64,000 nucleotides of DNA, taken from positions 27,900,001 to 27,964,000 of the forward strand of contig JBHGNT010000001.1 in assembly GCA_043228905.1 (NCBI GenBank), given 5' to 3'. The notes beneath the pieces were generated by a model. That model was given only the letters and a program-made list of their open reading frames with translations. It was not told the origin of the DNA and searched no databases. This document shows, one piece after another, positions 24,804 to 38,733 of the stretch; within the stretch, counting starts at the first letter, position 1, and each line of letters begins with the position of its first letter. Source of the DNA: Azolla caroliniana. Its lineage: Eukaryota; Plantae; Polypodiophyta. The position numbers and the translations under genes were made by a program.

Positions 24804-24875
24804 GGAATGCAGCTTTTTTCCCGTCACTTTTTAAAAATGGACAGACACACCCATGTGTGTTTCATCGGCCAAAGG

Positions 24876-25027
24876 TTTAAATAGCTCCGGAGAATCGCCC
24901 ATCCCCACACGTGCACTCCCACACACACACACGTGTGCCTTCCATGTCCCGCCCGCCCCCTCGGGGCCTTCACACAGGCCGTGCCCGAGTCGAGTCAAGT
25001 CGTCTCTCGCCTCGTGACAGACGTGGC
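24876..25027 (-). promoter_or_regulatory. Putative KH gene core promoter: TATA box plus G-box/ABRE motifs
   Basis: TATTTAAA on - at 24876-24883. CACGTG at 24908 and 24930. ACGTGGC at 25021. Confidence 0.45.
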
Positions 25028-27769
25028 CTTCCTTCCGTGTGCCGATAGTGTTTCTGGGTGCCAAGAATAGAGTGTCGAGGATACTGACTCTATTAGGAAG
25101 AGGGAGTCAGCCTGGGAGTGGCTTGCTAAGGTTGTGTGTGCGCGTGGAAGCGGGGGGTTTGGGGGCCGCTCCCAATGGTGAGTCGTGCAATGTAGGAGCA
25201 GGTCGAGAGGCGGAACATATTCGTCTTCATGCAAGCAAAACCAATCCCTGGATGATGGCGCATGGAATGTTATAACTACCACCAAAAGAGTCACTCTTTA
25301 GAAGGATTGTCGAGCCCTTAGGGAGTTGAGGGAGTTGTATGATTGGCCCTACCCTCGATGAGGATAAGAGAATACCGATGTTTTTATCAAAGTGAATGGA
25401 ACGTTTTAAGGAATTGGAAACTTCCTCTACACAAACAACGAGAGACGTTCTCCTGATGGATGAGGTATTGCGTGTGTGTTCATTGGACTGAGGTGCATCA
25501 TTCCATCAGATGCCACATAGAGCTACCTCGTATCCCCACTTTTAGTTTTGCGAACATTTAGCATCTAGATAGTAAACGAAGAATGCCCACAACAGTTGAT
25601 GTGGCACGAAGGTGCACATACACTAGACCATCTCTTAAGGCATACAATTAGGAGATTCCATAACTTTGTAGCTTTGGAGTTAGCATATGGGAAGCAACTT
25701 ACACTACATGAAGTCTATCAAATGCACGAATTGATAAAGAGCCTATTATTAGTGGGCCGAATGGATGAGATGAGATGTCATGCAGTGGTTGCAAAATGGT
25801 CCTTGAATATCCTAAACTATGTTCATGTGCCTAGAAGGGGCAACAAGTTTGCATTGCAACGCCTACTCCACATGTCCCATTTGTTAACATTGATGAATCA
25901 ATAGCGGTTATAACCACTACGGCATGGCAGATTGGATATACATCAAAAACCAAAATGATGGTGTTGTGAAGCTTTAGTTATCCATCCACTTGATCATATC
26001 CCCACGTTCAGTTTTGCAAACATTTCACAGCTAGATAGTAAACGAAGAATGCCCACAACACACATATAGAATTCACCAACTTAGTACAGTTAGGTCATTC
26101 TTATGTGTGCGAGTTTATGTCTATTTAGTCATTAGGTGGATTGTGGTTCATCATTACATTTTCCAATGATGGTAGAAGGAAGGGTTGGGTAGTGTACCCC
26201 TTGAGGGGAAAGGATGAGAACTTGGCAACATTTAAGATGTGATCAGTTATAGTAGTAATGGAAAGATCTCATATAGAACCACAAAGGAGATTTCTATTAT
26301 AATTAGGCATGGTCTTTCTATGAAACGAGTTTCCTTGTAGTTGTGACTAATCACCACGAAGAGAACTTGACAAAATCCACCATGATGATAACTCGATGAG
26401 TTCCATAATGGACATTTGGCTACCATAGGACTCAAAGAACTCCATCATTGATATGTTGAGCTCAAAGAAGAATGCAACAATGTTGTTATATTGACACTTG
26501 AGCAGCAACATGTTTCTTGTGGATACACTGACAGCCTATTTATCAACAACATTGTTGCATGGTAGCAACACCACTCGCTATTGCAGATGAATAGATCTTG
26601 ATATCAAGCCTCATCACTACCTAACCTACCTCACTAACACTACTACATGAAACTAGACTCACGCTACCCACCTTTTTACGTGCCCATTCACACGCACAAA
26701 GATTTTAGCTATCTATTCCTAACAAAGACACAAATTCTATAACTAACCCTCCATAACCACATTGTTACAATGAACACATATATGCCTTATACTTGTGTGC
26801 ATAAGCATGGTTTAAAACAACAACACATTTAGGCATATGTGCAACTTCACACATTCAAACATATAGGTAGCACACATATTGACACACGCATTAGAACCTA
26901 TTTCACATGCAAATTAAAACTCAATACAAGTTATCTCATGTACACATTTTGAATAAGACACACGCACACATAAATATTGTCAAATTACACACACACTCAT
27001 GGATTCACATTGAGTGCATGCATACACACACATGCAAGAAACAAATACACATTCACACAACTTCGTCAATAGGCACACTATTACCATACAATCACTCATT
27101 AAACACATGGAAATTTAATACTCATGCACCCATCAACACACATATTCTCGCAAGAAAGTTCTCAAGGGCTTCCATGCTTATCGAAAGGGGTAAAAATTGG
27201 GTGCACACTTTCATACCCTCTTGAACATATAACTGAAACAAACTCCAAGGATGCCATCTTCAACCCCACCTCCCTAGTTCAAGACCCTTATGGTCACATT
27301 TCACACAATAATGTGAATGACAATTGGAAAGTGCACACAACATACACCAATATTGAAGTATTAAGGCCTTATTTGCCACCCACTTCCACCAATATAGTGG
27401 ATCGATTTGGATCACAAACTTGCTAATGCAGTCCACAAAAACCCAATACTATAACAACCCCATTAGGTGGGAGGTGAGTTTCTTGGATGTATAGAAGCCT
27501 ACACCTCCTATGTGTATATAAAGTTCATGCATGTAGTTAGATGGACTTTGAAGACTCTCAATCATGGGCACCTTTAGACTGTTCTAAATAAGACACACTA
27601 AGTTAAACGGCTCGTTGTTCAAACTTGTGTGAACCCTATAACCCCAACTATATAAAGATCACTAAGGCTTTAAAAGGACTAGTTGTGTTGATTGTAGTCG
27701 TTGAAGCACTATGTCAAGAGTTTGACTACCATATGCTTGGCTCAACCACATTGTTTGTTTGAGCAAAGT

Positions 27770-28205
27770 TGTTACGGTCATGACCATATAATATTCCGTG
27801 GTAAGATTGTACTGTAGTATTCTATACACATGGATAAAGTGTGAGGGTTAAATGAGAGTAAGAATTACTTTTAATACTTGCGATTGAGACAACCCATTAA
27901 GGCCAAGTGTGAACTTGCTTGGGGGCCTTAGGTCTTGATATAAATATGAGGCCTAGCTACCATCATTTGACACATTATCGACTACATCGAGACTCTGTCC
28001 TCGTGGTGATGAACTCTTGAAGCGAGCACGCCAGTACCAGGTACAACTTGTGGTATGGGTCGTCGATCAAGGCTTGAGTCCATCTTGATCCATTCGCTCG
28101 GAGGTGATCGGGTAGATCAACACCTTTCTTTCTCTCTCTTTCCTCTCTTATCTATTTATTTTATATTTCCTTATCATATGCTTATATTAGGATCTAGTTC
28201 TAACA
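27770..28205 (+). mobile_element. Solo LTR
   Basis: TGTTA...TAACA termini. 5-bp TSD AAAGT at 27765-27769 and 28206-28210. Core TATAAATATGAGGCCTAGCTACC. Confidence 0.85.
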
Positions 28206-28229
28206 AAAGTGATAAATTGATTTCCTCTT

Positions 28230-28703
28230 TGTTGTGTACAAATAACGTAGGTGAGGGTAGGTCACTAATATTACATAAGTGAAGGGTATATTCACTAATG
28301 TTAAAAAGGAACTAATGTGATTGGATAGAAGGAATGATAGGTGCATACACTATCACGATTCGAACAACCAATGAATGGGGGAGTCTTTTAGAAAGACACA
28401 TTTATTCAAGGGGCCTAGGGATAGGTATAAATATGAGGCTTAGCTACCCTCATAGGGACATTACGTCGGAAGGTTGTTGTCTTAGACACTGATGGTGTGG
28501 GCTAGGCTTTCGTCTCGACGATCGTGTTAACTCTTCCAAGGCATTAGTCATCCTAATATCCGACAGTATGGGACATCGGTGGTAGATTGGTTATGTCTAG
28601 ATCGTAGCTCGGGGGTGGAACGGGTGGAACGGGTTCTTCGATTCAATCTATTTTCCTTCTTTTACTTTATTTTGGTCTATTGATTAGTAATAGATTCGTA
28701 ACA
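28230..28703 (+). mobile_element. Solo LTR related to 27770-28205
   Basis: TGTTG...TAACA termini. 5-bp TSD CTCTT at 28225-28229 and 28704-28708. Core TATAAATATGAGGCTTAGCTACC. Confidence 0.8.
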
Positions 28704-31700
28704 CTCTTTGACTATGTTTATACATTGTTTAGGTTCATTGGTACCTTCTTTGTTAGACATGCAATGTATTTTTTGGGTGGATTTTATCCTCCATATCTTG
28801 TATGATCACATCAAAGCTCTTGCATCCTCAAACAAGTTAAAGAAGCTCTTGGCCAAACAAAGTGGCGATAGCTTAGCAATTTTTACCATCCACAAATTGT
28901 AAGTCACAACAAGGTTCACTTCTCGAAGCTTCACATCTAAAACTTTGCTAAAAATGAAGAACTCACTTGTCAAGGATTCCTAAGCTTTGGTGAGTTCCTA
29001 CAAATTTGTGGGGTGATGGTCAACAACTTTCCCAAGGCATCAAGACAAACATATGATTATTGTCATTGAAGTTACCATTAGCCTTGGTTGGCAACATTTT
29101 TTGGGGTACTCGTAAGTGATCGATTTGGAAAAGGGCCATCATCTTTGTGTGATTTACTAGGTATGAGTTGATTTTGTGATAGATCAACCTAACATGTTGA
29201 CGCTTTCCCCATGGAGCAAAATCAAGATTAAGCTCCAACGGATTCTATGAGATTGGGAGGTGGTGCATTGAATACAACTTCACCATTAAATCTCATTTAT
29301 TTTAGTTGGAGTACTTTTATGTTTTTTACTATTCATGGGACTCAGAAATATATGTGCCCAAATATAATTCGTAATATTGTCAAAACTTGATACTTATCAA
29401 ATTCTTGTAATTCAATTGTGTTTTTACTACGAGGATTTACCAAGTTGGTTGTTCATATAACTATTAGCAATTTGATGAACATAGAGAAAACGACAAAGAT
29501 CTTTTGAAGAAAGTTTATTTGGAGGTTCATCCGCTCTCAAAGAATTATCCCACATTCATGCAAAGGTGTTAAATGTAGGTAGGATTAGTTAGACACTCTC
29601 ATGCTTGAGTTATTACGAACATACTTTTGCAATACAAAAGTCTTAGAGAGGTGGTTGTAACTTGTAAGAATAGGATATGGAAGGGTGGGAACTATTGGTT
29701 CTTCCAAAGGGACATGTATTGTCCCATAATATCAACTTTTCTAACCCATGTAAGCATGGGTCATTGTACGCTAATTGTAATATGGAATGGAAATCATCAT
29801 GATGTAGGGAGTAAATTCAAAAACTATAATATAGAAAGTGTCTTTGGGTAAATCAGCCATTAATCATGTTGATTAACTTTAATTTATACTTAGGTGAATC
29901 CAACATTATAAGGGCATGTTGTCTTCAACAAGATGCTTAACACTTGACACTGTTGTTTTTTCATATCACTCAAGGTTATGCCATATGTGTTCTTGTTATG
30001 CAAATCCTCTTTAAGATTGAAGCTAAATATGTGAGATGAGACTTTGCACCATTAAAGTAACGTAAACTTTAGTAAAGAAGAACAAGGATAATTGAGCCAA
30101 TTTACTTTCTTTGTTTCCATACAACATAACATGGTGACAAAGTTTATCACCAACATTAAATTAAAGATTGAAATTTAGTAAAGAAGGTAAAGAGTTCTTA
30201 GGCCCTTTATATTTTCTTTTTAATTACAACATAACATGGTTACATACTTAATCAACTCATACAAATGATAAAGAATTATTCGCAACCTTTGAAGCCTAGT
30301 GAGAACCCAACCTCCAAACATAAAGGCAAGCATCCTCATTGTTTAGATTGTAAAAGGAATGGTAAAATAAATGAACCATGCCATCGTCTCACGTTATCCA
30401 ACCTCCATGTCACTATGTTATATGTCAAACTAAAGTTAGACCACATTGTCATATAAATATAGCGCAAATGCAATAGTTAGTCATAAAGATGGTTTCTCTC
30501 ATAAATTATTTATGAGGCAAAAGAGTAGGGTAAAGTAGCAAACCATGTCCAATTTAGAAAATCACCAACCTCTACCTCACGATAGAAGTAGTGGAATAAA
30601 AAACACATACAAAAGCAAAATTGTGTTGTTGGATTTGGGCCTTAAAAGAAACAATGTTCGACTATAAATGTAAAGTTATTATTTCTTTTTATATATTCCA
30701 TTTGAGAGCTAGTAATATGACCCAAATCACAACAAATAACAAATGCAAGACGTGACACATATTTATTGACTTAATGTACATATAGCCTTATATGTGCCAC
30801 ATTATTTCAACTTTAAGATACATGAACTTTATCGTTTCTATGCTAGACCATGGGATCGAGTATCTTGTGTGCTTACTTGCAGCTATCCATATATTTATAC
30901 TCCATTCAATTAGGATATTGACATATTGTGAAATTTGGTGCTAATAGCGTTGTTTCTTGAATACAAAAAACAAATTGCACAACATTGAGTTCGGCAATTT
31001 GTACATCAATACAATTTTTTGTTTATTAACGGTTTCATTCATTGTTAGCTCAATTATTGTCATTGCATGCAAATTATGTCATTGCAAATGAAGCATGTTT
31101 GGGTATAACATGTTATTAGAAAATTGAAACTTTGGTTAATGACTACATTTGCAATCAAGGGAAATTGAATTCAAAAGTTTCAATCAAATAAACAAAATCT
31201 ATTGACAATTATTTTTTGGGGGTTCAAAATATTTAACATAATGTATGATCCAATGCTTCCACGTCGTGCTTTGGCCATGTCTTTATCCACAATTGGTGCC
31301 ATTACAATTCCATCTAAAGCATCATGTTATCTCTTAATAATTCTAACAACCCACTTATTTAATAATAATTCTAGTAAAAAAAACGTCCATCTATTTGTTG
31401 GGCATCAAATACTTTAATTTTCTTTGATCATGTGCAATATCAATTGTGTTTTGGTTTCCCTTTACCTTAATGAGTTGGAATACAAGGTGAATATTATTGA
31501 TATACCTTTTTTGTTGGATGTGTAGTGACACACTGACACAATAATAAAATAACATGAGCATTCAATATGAATTTGGTGAGTTGCATAGTAGATCCAAGTA
31601 GAGTAAGTCAAAGAAGCACAAAAACTTGTTATGTACCATGCAAAGGAAGAAAATGCATTCACCCCCGAAGATGGGAAATGTGGCTTCTTTCGTTGTGGAA

Positions 31701-32226
31701 AAAGCTAAATTTATTGTTACTTATCATGCCTTCCTAGTACTTTATATGATTATGGAAACTAAGTTCACATGGTCATGATATACCTTCCTATTATCATTGT
31801 ATCATGGTACCATATACCAGATTTTAAGTTTTATGGTATTACTGAATTTTTGTCATTTGCACAACAACAACAATAATGAATCATTTTCAGAATTGCTGTT
31901 TAAGAATGAAGGTAGACATCAATATTTTACATCAGGTTTTACATTCTTATGGAAATGCGTTAGACAATATACTCTACATGTTTCCATTTAGTCCCATCGA
32001 TTTTAACACGATCTTAAAAATGTTATAGAAAAAAACTTGGCATAGCAAGGATGTTGAAAGAAAAGGAAGATAATATAAATTTTATTTGGACCCGGATAAA
32101 TGAATAAATGTTTATATACATGCTTCAAATGTATGTTATCTAAATGGCCATCAATAATTTCATGATTTGCTATACAATTTCTATTGATACAAGAGACACC
32201 AGGATATCTCATAAAACCTTCTCGAT

Positions 32227-32903
32227 ATCTTCATGAACATTCTCTACTCCATCCTTCAAAAACTCCCGACAACTTTGAAGTACAGCCGCATGAAATGCTG
32301 GTGCATTTTCGAGGAAGACAAAATGTTCACCCTAAACAACAACAAAGAACAATGCACAATTATGAGGAAAAACAAAACAAAACCTATCAATTTCTGACGG
32401 TAACAAATAATAGCTATCTCGAAAACATGGTGACATCTCTAAGGTTCACATTATAAAGCCCCAAAGCTTTGTCTTTGGATTTATGCTACAACAAAACTAA
32501 AAGGTATTTCTATGTCTCACATCGCAAAGCCACCAAGCTTCATCTATACCAATATTATCTTCATGAACGTTCATCTTCATGAACGTTCTCTACTCCATCC
32601 TTCAAAAACTCCCGACAACTTTGAAGGACAGCCGCATGAAATGCTGGTGCATTTTCGAGGAAGACAAAATGTCCACCCTAAACAACAACAAAGAACAATG
32701 CACAATTATGAGGAAAAACAAAACAAAACCTATCAATTTCTGACTGTAACAAATAATAGCTATCTCGAAAACATGGTGACATCTCTAAGGTTCACATTAT
32801 AAAGCCCCAAGCTTCGTCTTTGGATTTATGCTACAACAAAACTAAAAGGTATTTCTATGTCTCGCATCGCAAAGCCACCAAGCTTCATCTATACCAATAT
32901 TAT
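32227..32903. repeat. 346-bp tandem duplication including most of the terminal exon and its acceptor
   Basis: AACTCCCGACAACTTTGAAG at 32261 and 32607. The two copies are near-identical. Confidence 0.95.
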
Positions 32904-35734
32904 CAACCAAACATTGCAGATTGTGCATTATTATCAACCGAACTCTCAAATCTATGTGGCTAACATTGCAAAGATAAGCTTCATCCATTATATTTCTACC
33001 AGAAAAACATAACTGGCTATCAGCAAAAACTCTATGGAATCTTTAAATGAGAACGCTGAGCTTTATCTTTAACTTTATGTCGGTAACATATAAGCTATCA
33101 CCAAAACTCTATGCATTCTCTAAGGTGACATTACAAGGAAAGAGGAAATATTCATCAAAAATATACTTTTGAAACTGTGACAAAACTCTATGAAAACTGT
33201 AACGCTGACATTAGCAAGTCGATCTTCACTAAAACAAATCCATAGGGAATGCAAAAATGCAACAAAATCTCTAAGCTGGATATTATCAACCTGTCCATCT
33301 ATAAATTCCTGTAGGAAACATAACAAACTACCAACATAAGGTTATCGACTCTGTAAGGCTGTCATCTCAAAGCCAAGCTGTGGGGGGGAAGCCAAACCAG
33401 TATTTAATTGAACCACTGTCTGGATTTCTCCTTTCTTCATGGACTACTCTCATATAGTAGAATTGTTCTATGATGATTGCTTCAACAAAAACAATATGAA
33501 CCATAGAAGCAAAAACAGATACCTTCTCGATTTTTAGTATACTATGAGGAACGGTCATTTTGCTACAAGCAGCCTCGGCTCCTTTGTAATACATCCAATC
33601 TTCTTTACCATATATGAATGACGTTGGAACTTTCCAATCAGCCGCGCTGATGCAAAGTTAAAAAATAAACAATAGAGCATTAAGTTTAGACCAAAAATAC
33701 GATTCAATTCTTAACTTAATCAAAGATGTGTCTCATGTAAAGCATTTTCATGATGCAAACCTTTGTACAAGTGGGCTCCTCGCAAAACCCCCCAAAGCAA
33801 AGAGATATTTGAGGCACAACTCTCCACTAGCCTTAGCCGCCAAGGTATGGTACATATAATCTACATTTAGAGAATGGGCGGGATCATATTCATTTAATCC
33901 ATTATGATCTTAACAATGATGTGATGTTGTGGGCTTTTTTACATTAGCGTTCTCAAGAATTATATACTAAATTGATGTTGCATGGTTTTCCACATTAGCA
34001 TAGAAAGAAACCTGAAAGCAAGACAGACTCCTTTTCACTCAACCTCGCACCAGGCGACCTTGAACTAAACCTTCTGCTCGTGTAGCCCCTTACCAAATTA
34101 GGTCCCCATCAACCTGCAATTCTGTGGAAACCAAAATCTAAGGCTCAGGTTGCAATATGATCCAAAACAATACACTATGTGAATGCTGTCCCTTATTGAA
34201 ATTCTAAGATTCAAATATATAAAGGTACAGGTTGTGGGAGCTCCACAACCTTAAGGTTGTATGACCAATTAGGTTGAAACCATAATGTTTGCCCTAAAAG
34301 GCAATGACTTTAATGTTATGCTAAAGCACGTGATTCTAAATTTTTAGGTTATTATTCATACCTAATAACCTTTTGAGGGGTGAAGTTCAATTCCCATAGA
34401 TGACTAATTATAGCACCCATCCATGTGGATTTGAACCTGAGAAGCTGCTCTGACTTTTCATCTGACTCAATGGAGAAACCCACTGGACCAACCAACACTA
34501 AACGTTGCACATGTTCTGGATGCTGCAAAAAAGAGCATAATAAAAACAAATATGACCTATATAACGTAGAGCACTGTGCCCATAAATGGACCAAGAAAAC
34601 GTAAAGATTATGCACAATCCATTTGCAGTTATATTATGGATTCTTCCTCACCTTCAAAGCATACTTTGCTGCAACATAGCCTCCCATCGAATGACCCAAA
34701 AGAATGAATTTTTCTAGTTTTTTAGCTTTTCGCCATGCTTCCAAAGAATCAATGAACCATGCATCAGTCTCTGCAAATATAGTATTTCATTGTATCCATA
34801 ATCACGTTCAAATAAACGACTAAATCATCCTATCCATAGCCATACATCTCGTATAAAAACATGCATATGATTTCCATGACAATACTATACTGAAACCTGT
34901 ATGGAAACACAAGAAGTTTCTCTAGAAACAAAGTTTATTTAACTGAGATTCTTAGTTATCCTTAAGAATGACAAAGAAAAGTGTCAATAACAAACCTGAG
35001 ATTCTGAAATAACTGGGAATCTAATTGATTTACATAGATTTAAGAAAAGTGGTACTTACCCAAGTTGATCTATGGCAATCACATTAAAGTGATTTGCAAG
35101 GCCATCAAAGTTCCTGAAGAAGAATCCTTGTGATGCTCCATAGCCATGAAGCATAACCAAAGTCGGGGCATTTTCCGACTTATTTTTAAATGTAACTGTG
35201 TTTATATATTGTGTCTCAGGACTGACGGATCTGAACCACGTCAAACTGCTTCCAGAAGGTCCTGAACCAATATCCACTTGTTCGTGAACATATGGAGTCC
35301 TGAAAGACAGCAAAAATGTGTATAGATGTCAATATGTACCACAGTGCCATTATAACCTAAACAGAGTGCAGATGCATATCCTTGAAATGGACAGCATTAT
35401 TTAGAAACTGACCTCCAAATTTGAAAATATCATGGAATTCAAATGATAGAAAAATGCCTCAGTACTCTAAAAATTATTTCCGGTATTAGGAATCTGCACC
35501 ATCTATGGTGGCATTTTCATGTTGCTGCAAAACAAATTTCCGCGTGTTTTCTTCCTCTGCGCAGTTTCAGTTGTGTTCTACGACATTCCTACAACCCTCT
35601 TCTATGCGGTTGCTACATAGAAATCAAATTTGTTTCCTTTTCTCTTTGATGGTTGATCTTCTAAGTCAAAGAGGTACGTTATTCCCTTTTATTCATTCGG
35701 CAGACCATTTTTTGCATCAAAACGTGTTCAGTAA

Positions 35735-37964
35735 ATGGCCATGGCTGAGAGCAATCATGTATTTCAGATGTTTGTTGTTGAGGATAAATTGGATAGAACA
35801 AAATACCCTCTCTGGGCTTATATGATGCGCCATGTATTAGTAGTAAAAAGGTTGTGGAATGTGGTTCAGGGGGTTGAAAAACGTCCTGTTGTTGAGAACA
35901 CAAACGCTGATGGTACTGATTCTGTTGAGGATGTTGATCATCCTACTCATGCTCATGCTGCAATTTCTGTTGTACCAAATGCAGAGCAACTTTGTTGGGA
36001 TGTCAAAGATGCTTAGGCACATGGTTTGATAGCTTTGTTTGTGAAACATGCCATTATTACCCATATTCGCTCTTGCAAGATAGCAAAGGATGCTTGGGAT
36101 ACTCTTACCACTTTGTACCAACCAAGAAATGAGGCTCATGTTGCTTATATCTTTGAAAATAATTGGAGAGTGAGCACATGAACGAAGGTGATTCTATGGA
36201 CAACTTTCTTACGAAAATCAAAGATTTAAAGGAACAATTAATTTCTACTGATGAAATGATACCCGATAGTTCACTTGTGCAGACTGTTCTAAATGGTCTT
36301 CCTGATTCATATCAGAGTGTTGCTTCTACTCTTCGTTTAATGATGAAAGGAAATCCCAATGTCGTATTATTTGAGGAGTTAGTTTCTGTTTTGTTACAGG
36401 AAGATCAATCTAGGCAAAACAGGTCTATTATGCGTGTTGCAGATCAAGCTTTCCTAGAAACCAGAGATTTGCTAATACTTCACAAGTGAATGAAAAAAAA
36501 CAAGTGCAAAAACAAAAACTATTGTAAAGGAATTGATCATATTATAAAGAACTATCCAAAATTGGCGGCAAAAGAGGCAAAGAAAAAAGTAGGACTCGTT
36601 GTTGCATAAGTCTCTACACCGAAAACAGAGTCTGCAAATCTTGTACAGAATGAAGAATGGGCATTTACTATTGTTTGCAGTTTTGACCCATCTTCACTTG
36701 AACAATGTATGTCTATTGTAGAATCAGATGTTTGGTACTTCGATAGTGGGGTAAGCAAACAAATTACCTCGCAAAGCAATTTCTTCACTTCATTGGAGCC
36801 TACCCCTACAGGGAATACTATCACATGCGCCAACAACTCATCTTATCCAATTATGGGTGTTGGTAAGATCATTTTAACTACTGCTGATGGTAGTTCTTTC
36901 ACCTTGTCAAATGCTTTGTTTGTGCCAGGGATCAAGAAAAATTTGTTGTTAGTTTCAGCATTAGCCAAGCTTGGCTTGGTTGTTAAATTTGTTGATGACA
37001 AGTGTACAATTCACGATTTGTCCAATGGCGATGTTATTTTTTGCTTCTGGCATTTTACGTCGTGGACCGTATAAGCTCATAGATTATGAAAGATCTATAA
37101 ATGATTCAGCATGTGCAATACAAGATTCTCAGGCTATTTCAGATGCAAAGATTTGGCCTGCACACTTTGGTCATCTGAATTTGGCAAGTTTGCTTCGCCT
37201 GCAAAAATCTGAAATGGTGTCCTCCTTGCCCAAACTTGAGGCACCTCGGAAGCATGTCTGTGAAGGTTGTATTTTGGGCAAAATGCAACATTCATCCTTT
37301 CCAAAAGATGGTTCAGTGGTCATAGTGATGTTTGTGGTCCTATGCAAACACATTCTCTTGGGAACTATCTTTACTTCGTGACTTTCATTGATGACTTTTC
37401 CAGGCATGCCTGGGTATATCCATTGGAGGCAAAATCTGAAGTGTTTCTGCGCTTCAAACAATTTCTAGCTTTGGTTGAAAATATGTCAGCATGTAAAATG
37501 GACACCCTTTGTTCTGATCAAGGGGGGAAGTATATGTCTTCAGAGTTTAATGCATTTTTTACTGAACATGGGATAAACAATCAGTGTACAATGCCATATA
37601 CACCTCAACAGAATGAATTGTTGAAAGAAAGAATAGGTCACTCATGGAAATGACGAGGTGTATGGTCAAACGTCAAGCTTTACCACATAGTTTCTGGCTT
37701 GAGGTTGTCATGTGTGCAACATATGTACTTAACAAGTGTCTCACTAAAGCGTTGCACTATCACTCCATATGAGGCTTGGCATGGCCAAAAGCCATCTGTT
37801 GCTCATCTACGTGTTTTTGGTTGTTTGGCATATGCATTAGTGCTTAAACAACAACGCAAAAAATTGGATGATAAACAATGAAATGTATTTTTGTAGGATA
37901 TAGTTCTGAAAGTAAAGGCTATCGTCTATATCATCAACAGTCTAAACGCATTCTCATTAGCCGT
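35735..37964 (+). mobile_element. Ty1/Copia 5' half (gag, protease, integrase), degenerate
   Basis: Gag YPLWAYMM...LWNVVQG, MNEGDSMDNFL...LNGLPDSY. Protease WYFDSG. Pre-integrase HFGH...CEGC. Integrase HSDVCGP, YFVTFIDDFSR, PYTPQQN, HLRVFGC. Ends at ILISR. Confidence 0.92.
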
Positions 37965-37988
37965 TGTCGTGATGTGTTCAACACATAG

Positions 37989-38733
37989 TGCGAAACCACC
38001 CTCAAAAGAGAATAAAATAGTAGTCCAAATAAACTAATGTTGTTAAATCAGCTACAGTAATAAATGAAAGGATAAAAAGTTAGAAGCGATTTTCGAAAGT
38101 AGACAAAAGTAGAGAAAAAGATGGGAAAAGAAAAGCTAGACGTGGATATGAGGAGCAAGGTCGAGTAAAAAGCTCGTAATTTCCTCGTCCAATGTCCAAA
38201 TTAGAAAATGAAATATGCATAAGAAAGCTAACAGAAAGAGCTTTCTAAGAATATCTTGCATGTCAAATTTGACGTTACGGAACAGAAATAGTGATAAAAA
38301 GAAACTTGACTCATACAGACAAATTTTTAGGAAAGAAGAAGAAGAAAGGAAGCAAGAAATCCTAAACCTATAATAAGAGCTCATTTTAAGAAGAAGGGGG
38401 GAGGGAGAAGGAACGCAGAAGCTCTACTCAATTGGAAAGCGGAAGAAGAAGGATCAACAACATCAAGAGGCATCATCAACAAAGAAACTCCTTCTATATT
38501 CCACTCTCTTCTTTTCTCCACCTCTCTTTCCCCTTCCTTTATAAACAATCCTTCATATTCACATCCAACCCATTGTAACATGATTCTTATATTATAAAAG
38601 AATCTATTATTTTGCAATAAACTAATGTTTTGTTTCACCTATGTGTCTTATGTGTAAATCTTGATCGTGTTGTGTGTGTGAGCTCTAATTCCTTCCAGTC
38701 CATAACCCCGGTGGTTCCGCCTCACGATCCACA
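37989..38733 (+). mobile_element. Solo LTR inserted 24 bp inside the left end of the 9-kb element
   Basis: TGCGA...TCCACA termini. 5-bp TSD CATAG at 37984-37988 and 38734-38738. TATA CCTATAATAAG near 38367. Confidence 0.8.

Noticed and set aside
25530-26060. ~60-bp direct repeat near 25535 and 26000 as LTRs of a TRIM
   Set aside because: No TG...CA ends, PBS, PPT or TSD found. The surrounding decayed sequence could not be classified.
35470-35495. Copia tRNA-Met PBS and 5' LTR
   Set aside because: CGGTATTAGG matches TGGTATCAGAG poorly, and no upstream copy of the 49614 LTR was found.
37965-38733. One LTR starting at TGTCGTGA (37965)
   Set aside because: The CATAG duplication bounds the solo LTR at 37989-38733. 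The 37965 terminus pairs instead with 46949 through CCGT.
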